From Nitrosarchaeum sp. (GTDB lineage Archaea; Thermoproteota; Nitrososphaeria; Nitrososphaerales; Nitrosopumilaceae): a stretch of 32,000 nucleotides of DNA. A model generated the notes under the pieces. It saw only the letters and a list, made by a program, of their open reading frames with translations, was not told the DNA's origin and did not search any database. This document shows, one piece after another, positions 17,770 through 25,975 of the stretch. Position 1 is the stretch's first letter, and every line of letters starts with the position of its first letter. The stretch lies in NCBI GenBank assembly GCA_023265135.1, contig JAHFUM010000001.1, positions 219,632 to 251,631 of the forward strand, given 5' to 3'. The translations under genes were made by a program, and so were the position numbers.

Positions 17770-18885
17770 ATGAACAATTATAGAAAAACAAATTTATCGA
17801 CAACCAGTAAAAATGGTATCCCCCGTTTTGTTCGGGAAGACATACTATGTTGGCGTAAAGCTTTTTGTCAAGTAAACGAATATTTTATTGTGAGATTATT
17901 CATATTTCCAATAATTGGGATTTTGTTAGTTTCAGTTGGAGGGTATATTACAATTCCAGTTAGTGCAGAAGAAAATCCATGTAGAGATAGTGAATCAGTC
18001 GAGCTAAACTACAAAATCGATAAAGGTATGGTAAAATCAATCTGTCGTGATAGGGAGACAGAGAGTTTAATTGTTTCAATCAATGCTACTGGTAACGGTA
18101 CAATATTTTTGGACATTCCAAGAAAAATTATGAATCAAATAAATTCAAATTGTGAAGATGTTCCATTTTTTGTACTTGTTAATGATGAAGAAATATTTCA
18201 AGATAGAAAAAACAATTTTGGAATAGATCCTTATGTAGAAACAAAGTCTATCTATTCTCGTACATTGCAAATTCCATTTAAAACAGAATCTTATAAAATC
18301 GAGATTATGAATTATTCATTCATTCCTGAATATTTGCAAGACGTAAAAACATGTCAAGAGAAAATAAATTCACTTCCACCCAAACAACAAATAATGAAAG
18401 GAGTATTGCCTGAAGAGATAGTTTGTAAAGAAGGATTACAATTAATCTTCAATTCAAAGAATAACTCTCCTGCATGTGTAAAACCACAATCAGCTAAACA
18501 ACTTGTTGAGCGCGGATGGGGAATAATTGTAACACAAATACCAGACAAAGATAGTCCATCAAAATCAATGAAATTATCTAACTCTGATTTTATGATATAC
18601 TATGACATAACAGGAGGCAATATTCTTGAAGTTAAAGAGGACAAACAAGAAAGAACAATAACAATATCATTAGACACCACAAGTCAAGGGATGCTAACAA
18701 TAACTCTGCAAAAAGCCTTGATAGACTCAACTTTTGGGAACAAGTTTGAGCCTACCTTATTTGTCTTAGTAGATAAAAATGAAGTTAACTTTGAGGAAAC
18801 AGCTACATCTGCAGATAGAACACTAACAATACAATTCCCAGCAGGAGCTGAGACTATTCGAATCATTGGACCTATTTATCCATAA
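17770..18885 (+). CDS. secreted/anchored modular protein (two beta-rich modules plus a Cys-bracketed RGW module)
   Basis: 371-aa ORF. An in-frame GTG at 17890 would give a clean signal peptide, MRLFIFPIIGILLVSVGGYITIPVSAEE. Modules are shared with 19506..22109. Confidence 0.65.
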   Translation: MNNYRKTNLSTTSKNGIPRFVREDILCWRKAFCQVNEYFIVRLFIFPIIGILLVSVGGYITIPVSAEENPCRDSESVELNYKIDKGMVKSICRDRETESLIVSINATGNGTIFLDIPRKIMNQINSNCEDVPFFVLVNDEEIFQDRKNNFGIDPYVETKSIYSRTLQIPFKTESYKIEIMNYSFIPEYLQDVKTCQEKINSLPPKQQIMKGVLPEEIVCKEGLQLIFNSKNNSPACVKPQSAKQLVERGWGIIVTQIPDKDSPSKSMKLSNSDFMIYYDITGGNILEVKEDKQERTITISLDTTSQGMLTITLQKALIDSTFGNKFEPTLFVLVDKNEVNFEETATSADRTLTIQFPAGAETIRIIGPIYP

Positions 18886-19066
18886 TTATTTCAGGACTTG
18901 TCGCTTATTTGGATAATTACATTGAGGACCTTAACACGAGGATGGTCAAGTGATTGAATATTTTGATTTTAACACTTTTTTTCTGAGGTCACAATAAGAT
19001 TACATGCTGTGTTGTCGTAAAGGTTATGGTTAAGTAAGAAGATTATTTTTCACTCTGCAGATAAAA

Positions 19067-19315
19067 ATGAAAACCAGATTATTAATAATTATTGGAATCT
19101 TAATCATAGTTAGCATACTCTTTTTCTGTTTTAGTATTTTTGAATATACAAAACAACATCAAGTATTTGTAGATTATTTTACAAAACCTATCCATAAAGC
19201 AGGTTCCAGTATGCCATTGCCTGATACGAACACTTTCGTTCCTTATCTAATAATTGGAATCATAACGAGTGCTTGTGGAATTTTTACAATAATTCAAAGT
19301 AGAAAATCAAAATGA
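19067..19315 (+). CDS. small membrane protein (2 TM)
   Basis: 82 aa. TM segments LLIIIGILIIVSILFFCFSIF and YLIIGIITSACGIFTII. Confidence 0.5.
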   Translation: MKTRLLIIIGILIIVSILFFCFSIFEYTKQHQVFVDYFTKPIHKAGSSMPLPDTNTFVPYLIIGIITSACGIFTIIQSRKSK

Positions 19316-19505
19316 CTCTCAAAGGACAAAGAAACCACTACAACGTAAAATTTCTCAAAGGATATGGTCACTCCATTTCAGTGAAAGATTCAAAAATTAT
19401 TCTCAGACTGCCCGCCTTGTGAGTAAAAACGTGCGTCTGACTAAAGTAATGACGTAAGTTGATTTGTTGGAAAATCATTATAACAAAAGATGCAATCATA
19501 ATTAT

Positions 19506-22109
19506 ATGCAGAAATTTTTTGCTTTGGTGATACTTTCCATTTTAATTTCATCAACATTTCTGTTGTCTAGTGTATATGGACAAACTGTTCAACCAAATTC
19601 AAATACTGTCATAAAAGATGGGTTAAAACTTACAGTATACACTGACAAAAAATTCTATACCAAGGAAGATGCTATTAATATAAAATGGACTGCTCAAAAC
19701 ATTGGGTCAGAAAATATTACTTATGACAATTTCATAGTAAAAATAATTGGAAATGCTACTGAATATGACTCTTCTAGATTAAAACCATCTGAGATACTGC
19801 TTATATCACCAGATGATACTCGTGTAAAGAAATTTGACAGCGATGTATTTTATGGAAAAATATTATCTTTGATAAAACTTGGGGAAACTAGATCTTATGG
19901 TATCATTATGATTGTCTCTGATCAAAATAAAATTACTGTTGAAGACATTTTGAAAACCAAACACCATGCCACAAATGTATTTGCGGGGGAGAGACTTTCA
20001 TTTGTAACTGCGCAAGTACCTCTTCAAGAAATTCCAAAACTTGCAGATTATGACGTTATTAGTCTAATCGGAGACGGTGAACAAAAGATTATTTTTGACT
20101 ATGTAACAATAAACACTTTACAGGTAGGTCAAACTCTGAATGGAGGCTTGTCATTGAGTCAGCATCTTTATCCCAGATATTACGATAAACAACAGGTAAT
20201 CCCATCTGGGCAATATACAGTACAACTATCATTTGCAGGGAATCAATCTTCAGTACCTATATCCATAGATGAATCACCATCACCAAAAATACAACCATCT
20301 ATAGTGAATCAATCTTCAGTACCTATATCCATAGATGAATCACCATCACCAAAAATACAACCATCTATAGTGAATCAATCTTCAGTACCTAACTCTCTTA
20401 CAATAGATCCAGACATCATATTTCCAGAGATGCAAAGAAATGAGGCACATGAATTACATGGACAAGTTTTTTTTGCAGGTAATTTGGCAAAGGATGTCTT
20501 TGTAACTATGTCGATAGAAAATCCTGATGGTTCATTTTTAAATAAACACTCAGAGACACAAACCGACAAGGACGGCAATTATAATTTTTCAATTTTTATT
20601 CCTCAGGACAGTGCTTTAGGAACTTATACAGTATCTCTTAATGCTACGATATCAGGGTATGCATCAACTAGCATGCAATACTATTTTTGGATCACCAATT
20701 CGCCAACCCTTGATGACTATGCTTGGAAAATCACGAAAGTATTTCGTGACAAGAATGAATTTCAGGTTCCATATAGAATTACCAGTGGAAATGTACATGA
20801 CATGGAATCAAAAAACGGCTCATTTTTTTTATATTTGGATAGTTATTCAGAAGGACTTCTTGAAATTGCAATCCCAAGAAATCTGATAGAACCTGATCTA
20901 AAGTCAATCTATGATGAATTTACACCTTTAGTTGATGGATATTACCAACATTCCAAAGAAACAGATTCTGAATGTTTTCGAACATTTACTATTCAACTAT
21001 TTCAAAACGCTAAAACTGTAGAAATAATTACAGCTCCTGATGCATTAGGTCCTAAATACCAAACAAACATTCCTGAGAAATGTAATAATTCAGCAACATA
21101 CGCTAAGTTTTCAGAAAAAAAACCATCTATAAATAAAATCTCTAATGGAGTCAGTCCCAATATTTCAGAAATTAGCAAACTTCCTTTGAAGTTTTATGTG
21201 TTACACGAAAATTTGTTTTATGAAAATAATGATTATGCTGAACAAACTTTTAGAATTCCATACAAACTTTATAATGCAAATTTAGAATTTATCGGATATA
21301 ATTCTGGTACAATCACAATAGGTATAGACAATAAAGATACTGGCACAATGCAAATTGCGATCCCTAACAATATCCTTGAATCAGAAAAACCTGAACAGCT
21401 AAATGATTTTTCCCTTTCCATCGATGGACACACTTCAGATTTTCATAGTTTAAAAACGCCCTGTTATCGAGAATTTACTTTTGAACTTCCTAAGAATTCA
21501 AATGAGATTTTACTCACACATAACATTCAATCAGGAAGTAGATTGCCATACGTTAACCCTTTGAATTTTCCAGCTAACTGTATAACGGGTGATACCACCC
21601 CAAGTAGTCAAATTTTATCAGGAAAATTGCCTAGTGAAATAGGATGTTATGACAAAGAAATGATACCGTTTAAGAGATTATCTGAGGACGAAATTGTTTG
21701 TGTAACACAAAAAACTGCTGAAGTACTTGTGAAAAGAAATTGGGGAAATTATCCAATTGATCTAAAAAACGGTCAAACATGGGTTGAACTATACCCTGTA
21801 CTCTGTCATAAAGATTTATGTGCAATTAGATCAATTTGGGAAGAATCATATCTTTCAGGTGAATTACAACCAACATTATTTGAAGGAACATCGGGTTATG
21901 ATATTGAAACTACATCCAAATTGATAATTGAAAGTTATAAAAAACAGGGAATTAAAATCTACGATGTAAAATTTGAACAAAACAATCCTGTCAATTGTGA
22001 TACAAAAGGCTGTTTAGATCCATATACTCTCAAACTTTTGATTAATGACAGTGATCTAAACAAAATGAACGGATATAGTTTTGAAATTTTTGAAAAATAT
22101 AGGCCGTAG
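19506..22109 (+). CDS. large secreted modular protein with an internal perfect tandem repeat
   Basis: The ORF track starts at TTG 19464. The ATG at 19506 gives signal peptide MQKFFALVILSILISSTFLLSSVYGQ. Two modules are homologous to those in 17770..18885, plus a CysRGW-type module (CYDKEMIPFKRLSEDEIVCVTQKTAEVLVKRNWG). Confidence 0.7.
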   Translation: MQKFFALVILSILISSTFLLSSVYGQTVQPNSNTVIKDGLKLTVYTDKKFYTKEDAINIKWTAQNIGSENITYDNFIVKIIGNATEYDSSRLKPSEILLISPDDTRVKKFDSDVFYGKILSLIKLGETRSYGIIMIVSDQNKITVEDILKTKHHATNVFAGERLSFVTAQVPLQEIPKLADYDVISLIGDGEQKIIFDYVTINTLQVGQTLNGGLSLSQHLYPRYYDKQQVIPSGQYTVQLSFAGNQSSVPISIDESPSPKIQPSIVNQSSVPISIDESPSPKIQPSIVNQSSVPNSLTIDPDIIFPEMQRNEAHELHGQVFFAGNLAKDVFVTMSIENPDGSFLNKHSETQTDKDGNYNFSIFIPQDSALGTYTVSLNATISGYASTSMQYYFWITNSPTLDDYAWKITKVFRDKNEFQVPYRITSGNVHDMESKNGSFFLYLDSYSEGLLEIAIPRNLIEPDLKSIYDEFTPLVDGYYQHSKETDSECFRTFTIQLFQNAKTVEIITAPDALGPKYQTNIPEKCNNSATYAKFSEKKPSINKISNGVSPNISEISKLPLKFYVLHENLFYENNDYAEQTFRIPYKLYNANLEFIGYNSGTITIGIDNKDTGTMQIAIPNNILESEKPEQLNDFSLSIDGHTSDFHSLKTPCYREFTFELPKNSNEILLTHNIQSGSRLPYVNPLNFPANCITGDTTPSSQILSGKLPSEIGCYDKEMIPFKRLSEDEIVCVTQKTAEVLVKRNWGNYPIDLKNGQTWVELYPVLCHKDLCAIRSIWEESYLSGELQPTLFEGTSGYDIETTSKLIIESYKKQGIKIYDVKFEQNNPVNCDTKGCLDPYTLKLLINDSDLNKMNGYSFEIFEKYRP
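20241..20391 (+). repeat. 66-bp perfect tandem repeat, 2.3 copies, in frame
   Basis: Unit aatcaatcttcagtacctatatccatagatgaatcaccatcaccaaaaatacaaccatctatagtg at 20241-20306 and 20307-20372, plus 19 nt of a third copy. It encodes NQSSVPISIDESPSPKIQPSIV. Confidence 0.95.
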
Positions 22110-22334
22110 TGCAATAAATGATTTGAGAAACACAAGTATTTGCTTGAGTGTAGCTATGTATGTTTTTGATAATAATTCTTGCTTTTATTGTAGCGTATAA
22201 GGGAACTAGTTATACAAAAAGAAAATCTAAACTTTATTCCTAAATCCTTAAGTTTTATACATCAGGCTTGAGAATGAAAATAAAAAAAATCTAATTTTAT
22301 TACATTCTAAGACAAAGCACTTCACCATTTGAAA

Positions 22335-22637
22335 TCATAACAATGTCTCACAATTAGGACAAGCAGTAGTATCTGTATCTTTTTTTACAAGACCTGCAAA
22401 TTTACAGCCACATTCAAGGCAGACAAATCCCCTTCTCTTCCAAAGTCTAGCGTGATAATACGGAATCATCAGCCAAGATATTTTTCTGAATCGCAGTTTC
22501 ATATCCTCATTAAGATAATAGATTCCAAGTACACGTTTTGCGCCTTTTATCCCTCGATTTCGAGGATCTTTATAGTGAGTTCTTGCATGATTGTATCTTT
22601 TTGCTATTGAAATTACGTACTCCATTTGAGCTATCAC
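22335..22637 (-). CDS. hypothetical basic protein with a C-terminal zinc ribbon
   Basis: 100 aa. C-terminus is CLECGCKFAGLVKKDTDTTACPNC (CxxC-x17-CxxC). Confidence 0.5.
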   Translation of the reverse strand: MIAQMEYVISIAKRYNHARTHYKDPRNRGIKGAKRVLGIYYLNEDMKLRFRKISWLMIPYYHARLWKRRGFVCLECGCKFAGLVKKDTDTTACPNCETLL

Positions 22638-22769
22638 TGAGCTATCGGATTTTATAGATAATAAAGGCAGATTATGACGTTTTTCATAATTTCCTTTTTC
22701 TATTGAAATAATTTGCTTTTGTTAGTATGCATTTAGTAGTTATATTTTTTAAAATAAAATGTAAAACAA

Positions 22770-23177
22770 TTATGCTTTTCCAGTATCTTTTGGTCTTCCG
22801 CGTTTTCTTTTCAGTGGTTTTCGTCCACGTTTTCTGTTTTTATCAAAGATATTGTCAGCCTGAGAGAATACTTTGGCAATTCCAGCAGATAGTTTCTCAA
22901 GTTGCTCTTCTTGATCTTTTACAGGTATTGTCTTCAAAACCTCATTAATTTCAGCCTCCAGATTTTTAGTGTATTTGTTACCGATCTTTCTTATTCTTTT
23001 GATGATTTTATTATCAGTTGTAGCATACAACTCTGACATTGCAATTAATCTAGCGAGTATTTCTATTCCGTTTTTCAAAGATTGATTATAATTCAAGTCA
23101 TACTTATCACGCAATTTATCAAGAATTCGTTTTTCATCTTCTGTGAATCTGCCTGTAATAGTATGCCATTCTGTCAT
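22770..23177 (-). CDS. putative ribbon-helix-helix DNA-binding protein with a C-terminal AT-hook tail
   Basis: 135 aa. N-terminus HTITGRFTEDEKRILDKLRDKYDLNYNQSLKNGIEILARL has a strand-helix-helix pattern. C-terminus is NRKRGRKPLKRKRGRPKDTGKA. Confidence 0.55.
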   Translation of the reverse strand: MTEWHTITGRFTEDEKRILDKLRDKYDLNYNQSLKNGIEILARLIAMSELYATTDNKIIKRIRKIGNKYTKNLEAEINEVLKTIPVKDQEEQLEKLSAGIAKVFSQADNIFDKNRKRGRKPLKRKRGRPKDTGKA

Positions 23178-23226
23178 TTAATGTGTAGACAAATTTCGAT
23201 ATTAATTTCTGTTATTATTGTATTAT

Positions 23227-23451
23227 ATGAAAGATGAACTGAAAGATTCAGAATTTGTGCAAAAAGAGATTGATTTTGGTGAGAGAAAAATCTCAAAGAT
23301 GAATTTCAGTCATATTGTAACTATTCCAAAAAAATTCATTCAGAGTACAAGATATGAGAAAATCACAACAGTGCGAATGATCATGACAGATGGTTATCTA
23401 AAACTTGTACCTGTACGCGCAAAGAACGGAGATGAGGAAGTAGATCTGTAA
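23227..23451 (+). CDS. AbrB/SpoVT-like small DNA-binding protein
   Basis: The ORF track starts at TTG 23218; the ATG is at 23227. FSHIVTIPKKFIQS...GYLKLVPV resembles a swapped-hairpin barrel. Its stop lies 3 nt before the integrase ATG. Confidence 0.5.
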   Translation: MKDELKDSEFVQKEIDFGERKISKMNFSHIVTIPKKFIQSTRYEKITTVRMIMTDGYLKLVPVRAKNGDEEVDL

Positions 23452-23454
23452 GTC

Positions 23455-24738
23455 ATGAAAAGAGTAAATACGGTAAACCCTCTTGAAATTACTGATGAGG
23501 TCCGCACAGATGTGCGGTCTGATGTGGGAAAAATGACGCAAGAACAAAGCCAAATAACAACTGCAAAACAAAAAAGAATCACAAAAAAAGACAGCCTTCT
23601 TTCAAACCAAGACATACAACGCTGGTACGACAACCTAGCAAGAAGTAGCGTTGTAACAGCAGAAGTGAGACTGCGAAAGCTGGGCAAATTCTGTGAGAAC
23701 AACAACATGACTCCAAGAGAGTTAATCGAGTTGGGACTCAAAGATCCAAGGGCAGTAGCAGATCTTCTAGAAGACAACATTACAACACTTGAAAGAAAAA
23801 GATACGCACCTCAGTACATAAAGACAGTAATCACAGCAGTCAAGTCATGGTTACACCACTTTGACATCGAAGTAAAGCGAAGAATAAAGATTGCAAATGT
23901 GGATGCAACACCAACACTTGCAGATGAGCGAGTTCCAGAGACATCAGAACTAACAGAATTGTTCAACCGAGCAGATCTAAGGGCTGGTGCAGTTATATCA
24001 CTGATGGGAAAAGCTGGACTGCGACCACAAGTGTTAGGAAATCATAACGCAACAGACGGGCTGATGATACAAGATCTGCCAGAACTTGAAGTGATAAACG
24101 GGATTGCAAGGTTTACAAAAATACCTGCAAGAGTGATTGTCAGAAGTACACTCTCAAAGGCAGGGCACAAATATTTCAGTTTCATTACAGAGACTGGAGC
24201 AGAAAAAATAATTGCATATCTCAATCAGCGAATGATTGACGGTGAGATTCTAGGTCCTGAAAGTCCTGTGATAGTGCCTTTTTCAAAGTACAAAAGATTC
24301 CGTGGAAAAAATGAGGGAAGAAAGTTTCTTTGTACTGCAATAATTGAAAGAGACGTACGAGATACCATGAGACCGCGCTTCAAGTGGAGACCGTATGTGC
24401 TAAGAGCGTTCTTTGATACGCAATTATTAATTGCAGAGTCTAGAGGCAAAATAGCTCATGACTTTCGTGTTTTCTTTATGGGACACACTGGTTCCATGGA
24501 GGCAAAATACACAACAAACAAGAGCATACTACCAAAAGCACTGACAGATGAGATGTACGAGTCTTTTAAAAAATGTCAGGAATTTTTGGACTATGAAAAC
24601 AACAAGAAACAGGACGAAGAAATCACAAAACAGCGAGTGGTAAGTCTAGAAGAATTTGAAGAAATGGTAATAGAAGGTTGGCAGTTTCTTGGAACATTGC
24701 CAAATGGCAAAATTGTCATCAAAAATGGCAGGGTTTGA
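23455..24738 (+). CDS. int: tyrosine recombinase / integrase (archaeal MGE type)
   Basis: 427 aa. Catalytic contexts are KAGLRPQVLG (Arg I), YVLRAFFDT (Arg II) and FFMGHTGSMEAKYT (His and the Tyr nucleophile). The stop codon lies inside the att repeat. Confidence 0.85.
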   Translation: MKRVNTVNPLEITDEVRTDVRSDVGKMTQEQSQITTAKQKRITKKDSLLSNQDIQRWYDNLARSSVVTAEVRLRKLGKFCENNNMTPRELIELGLKDPRAVADLLEDNITTLERKRYAPQYIKTVITAVKSWLHHFDIEVKRRIKIANVDATPTLADERVPETSELTELFNRADLRAGAVISLMGKAGLRPQVLGNHNATDGLMIQDLPELEVINGIARFTKIPARVIVRSTLSKAGHKYFSFITETGAEKIIAYLNQRMIDGEILGPESPVIVPFSKYKRFRGKNEGRKFLCTAIIERDVRDTMRPRFKWRPYVLRAFFDTQLLIAESRGKIAHDFRVFFMGHTGSMEAKYTTNKSILPKALTDEMYESFKKCQEFLDYENNKKQDEEITKQRVVSLEEFEEMVIEGWQFLGTLPNGKIVIKNGRV

Positions 24739-24764
24739 ACTAACAGATAGTATGGGCCCACAGG
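24727..24764. repeat. att direct repeat, tRNA-proximal copy
   Basis: ggcagggTttgaactaacagatagtatgggcccacagg. Positions 24753-24764 are the 3' end of tRNA-Val. Confidence 0.9.
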
Positions 24765-24827
24765 GATTTGAACCCTGGATTTTCGCCGTGTAAGGGCGAC
24801 GTCATAACCGATCTGGACCATGAGCCC
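24753..24827 (-). tRNA. tRNA-Val (anticodon UAC), 75 nt, no encoded CCA
   Basis: Folded by hand. Acceptor stem GGGCTCA/TGGGCCC, anticodon stem TCGCC/GGCGA with loop CTTACAC, T arm CAGGG-TTCAAAT-CCCTG, discriminator A. Confidence 0.9.
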
Positions 24828-24849
24828 AGAGACAGTCCTTGATGAAAAC

Positions 24850-24859
24850 CATTTAAACT
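24850..24859 (-). promoter_or_regulatory. archaeal TATA box for tRNA-Val
   Basis: The minus strand reads GTTTAAATGG, with TTTAAA 25-30 nt upstream of tRNA position 1. Confidence 0.5.
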
Positions 24860-24906
24860 TTGAGACAAGTAATAATCTAGAAATTTGATCAGAATTTTGT
24901 ACAAGT

Positions 24907-25923
24907 ATGGTAGATTTAGATTTTTTTTCTAGTCCGATAGGATTAGGTCATGCAACAAGAGACATAGCTATTGCGAATAATTTTGAAAACATATCAACAA
25001 AATTTGTAACAGGAAATGGAGCTGCAGAAATTTTAAAAAATTCAGATTTTAATGTAGAGGACAGATATATTCCACCACAGTTTATTGTGGAAAACGGAAT
25101 ACTAAAGAAATCTACAAAATGGCTTTGGAATTATTATCGATATTATAAACAGTGTAAAAAAATTGCTAATAAAATTATTGAGTTAGATAATCCAAGATTA
25201 GTTGTCAGTGATGAAGATTTTGCGTCACTTACTGTTGCTCAAAATAAAAAAATACCTACAGTTTTGATTACAGATATTTTACAAACTAATTTTATAAATG
25301 GAATAACATCATTTATTGAAAAAAAGATGAATAAATCGATGCAAGAGATTATTAAAAAATGCGACGTTGTGATTATTCCAGAAAATGGTCAAGATGAAGG
25401 AAATATTAGAAGAGTTGGATCAATTGTAAGACAAACAAATTTTTCAAGAGAAGAACTACGAAAAAAATTCTCTTTTGATAAAAAAACTATAGTTGTATCA
25501 ATAGGAGGGACTGATGCAGGACTTTTTCTAATTGAAAAAACACTAGAATCCATACAGAAAATAAATCAGGACGTAAATTTAGTAGTTGTTTCAGGTCCAT
25601 CTTTGAGCAAAAAATTTGGAGATTCTATAAGAAATTTAGGATTTGTCAATAATCTCCATGAAATAATTTTTGCATCTGACGTAATAGTATCTCTTGCAGG
25701 TAAATCGACTATTGATGAGGCAAAAATATACGGAACACCAGGAATTTTTATTCCAATTAAAGGGCATTTTGAGCAGGAAGATAACGCCAAAGAGGAAGGA
25801 TTTGTTTTTGAGGATATTAACAAATTAGACAAGTTAATCATAGAAAAACTGGAGCAAAAACGAAATCCTTTGGAAAACAAAGGGGCAGTCAATGCATACA
25901 ATATAATCAAAAAGTTAATTTGA
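24907..25923 (+). CDS. GT-B fold glycosyltransferase (MurG/UDP-glycosyltransferase-like)
   Basis: 338 aa. N-terminal FSSPIGLGHATRDIAIA motif. C-terminal half VVSIGGTDAG...ASDVIVSLAGKSTIDEA is typical of GT28/GT1-like enzymes. Confidence 0.65.
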   Translation: MVDLDFFSSPIGLGHATRDIAIANNFENISTKFVTGNGAAEILKNSDFNVEDRYIPPQFIVENGILKKSTKWLWNYYRYYKQCKKIANKIIELDNPRLVVSDEDFASLTVAQNKKIPTVLITDILQTNFINGITSFIEKKMNKSMQEIIKKCDVVIIPENGQDEGNIRRVGSIVRQTNFSREELRKKFSFDKKTIVVSIGGTDAGLFLIEKTLESIQKINQDVNLVVVSGPSLSKKFGDSIRNLGFVNNLHEIIFASDVIVSLAGKSTIDEAKIYGTPGIFIPIKGHFEQEDNAKEEGFVFEDINKLDKLIIEKLEQKRNPLENKGAVNAYNIIKKLI

Positions 25924-25975
25924 TAAAATTTGATCCAATCCTTAATAGATAGCCAATTAATTTTGTTAAAATACT

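Larger units (their letters stand above)
17590..24764. mobile_element. integrated element (~7.2 kb) in tRNA-Val(UAC), tyrosine-integrase type
   Basis: 38-bp direct repeats at both ends. The right repeat overlaps the last 12 nt of the tRNA. The integrase gene abuts it, next to small DNA-binding protein genes. Confidence 0.8.

Noticed and set aside
20241-20391. Tandem repeat considered as a possible CRISPR array or minisatellite
   Set aside because: The copies are directly adjacent with no spacers, lie in frame inside a long ORF, and number only 2.3. This is a coding duplication, not CRISPR.
20375-20886. ORFs 20375..20578 (-) and 20641..20886 (+) inside the 881-aa gene
   Set aside because: They are an antisense ORF and an alternative-frame ORF within a long ORF supported by its signal peptide and internal module homology.
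23394-24449. Minus-strand ORFs (128, 60 and 74 aa) inside the integrase gene
   Set aside because: They are antisense to an ORF carrying the full tyrosine recombinase catalytic pattern.
24591-24821. 76-aa minus-strand ORF (MVQIGYDVALTRRKSRVQIPVGPYY...)
   Set aside because: It reads straight through the tRNA-Val gene and the integrase 3' end, which is a classic tRNA-translation artefact.
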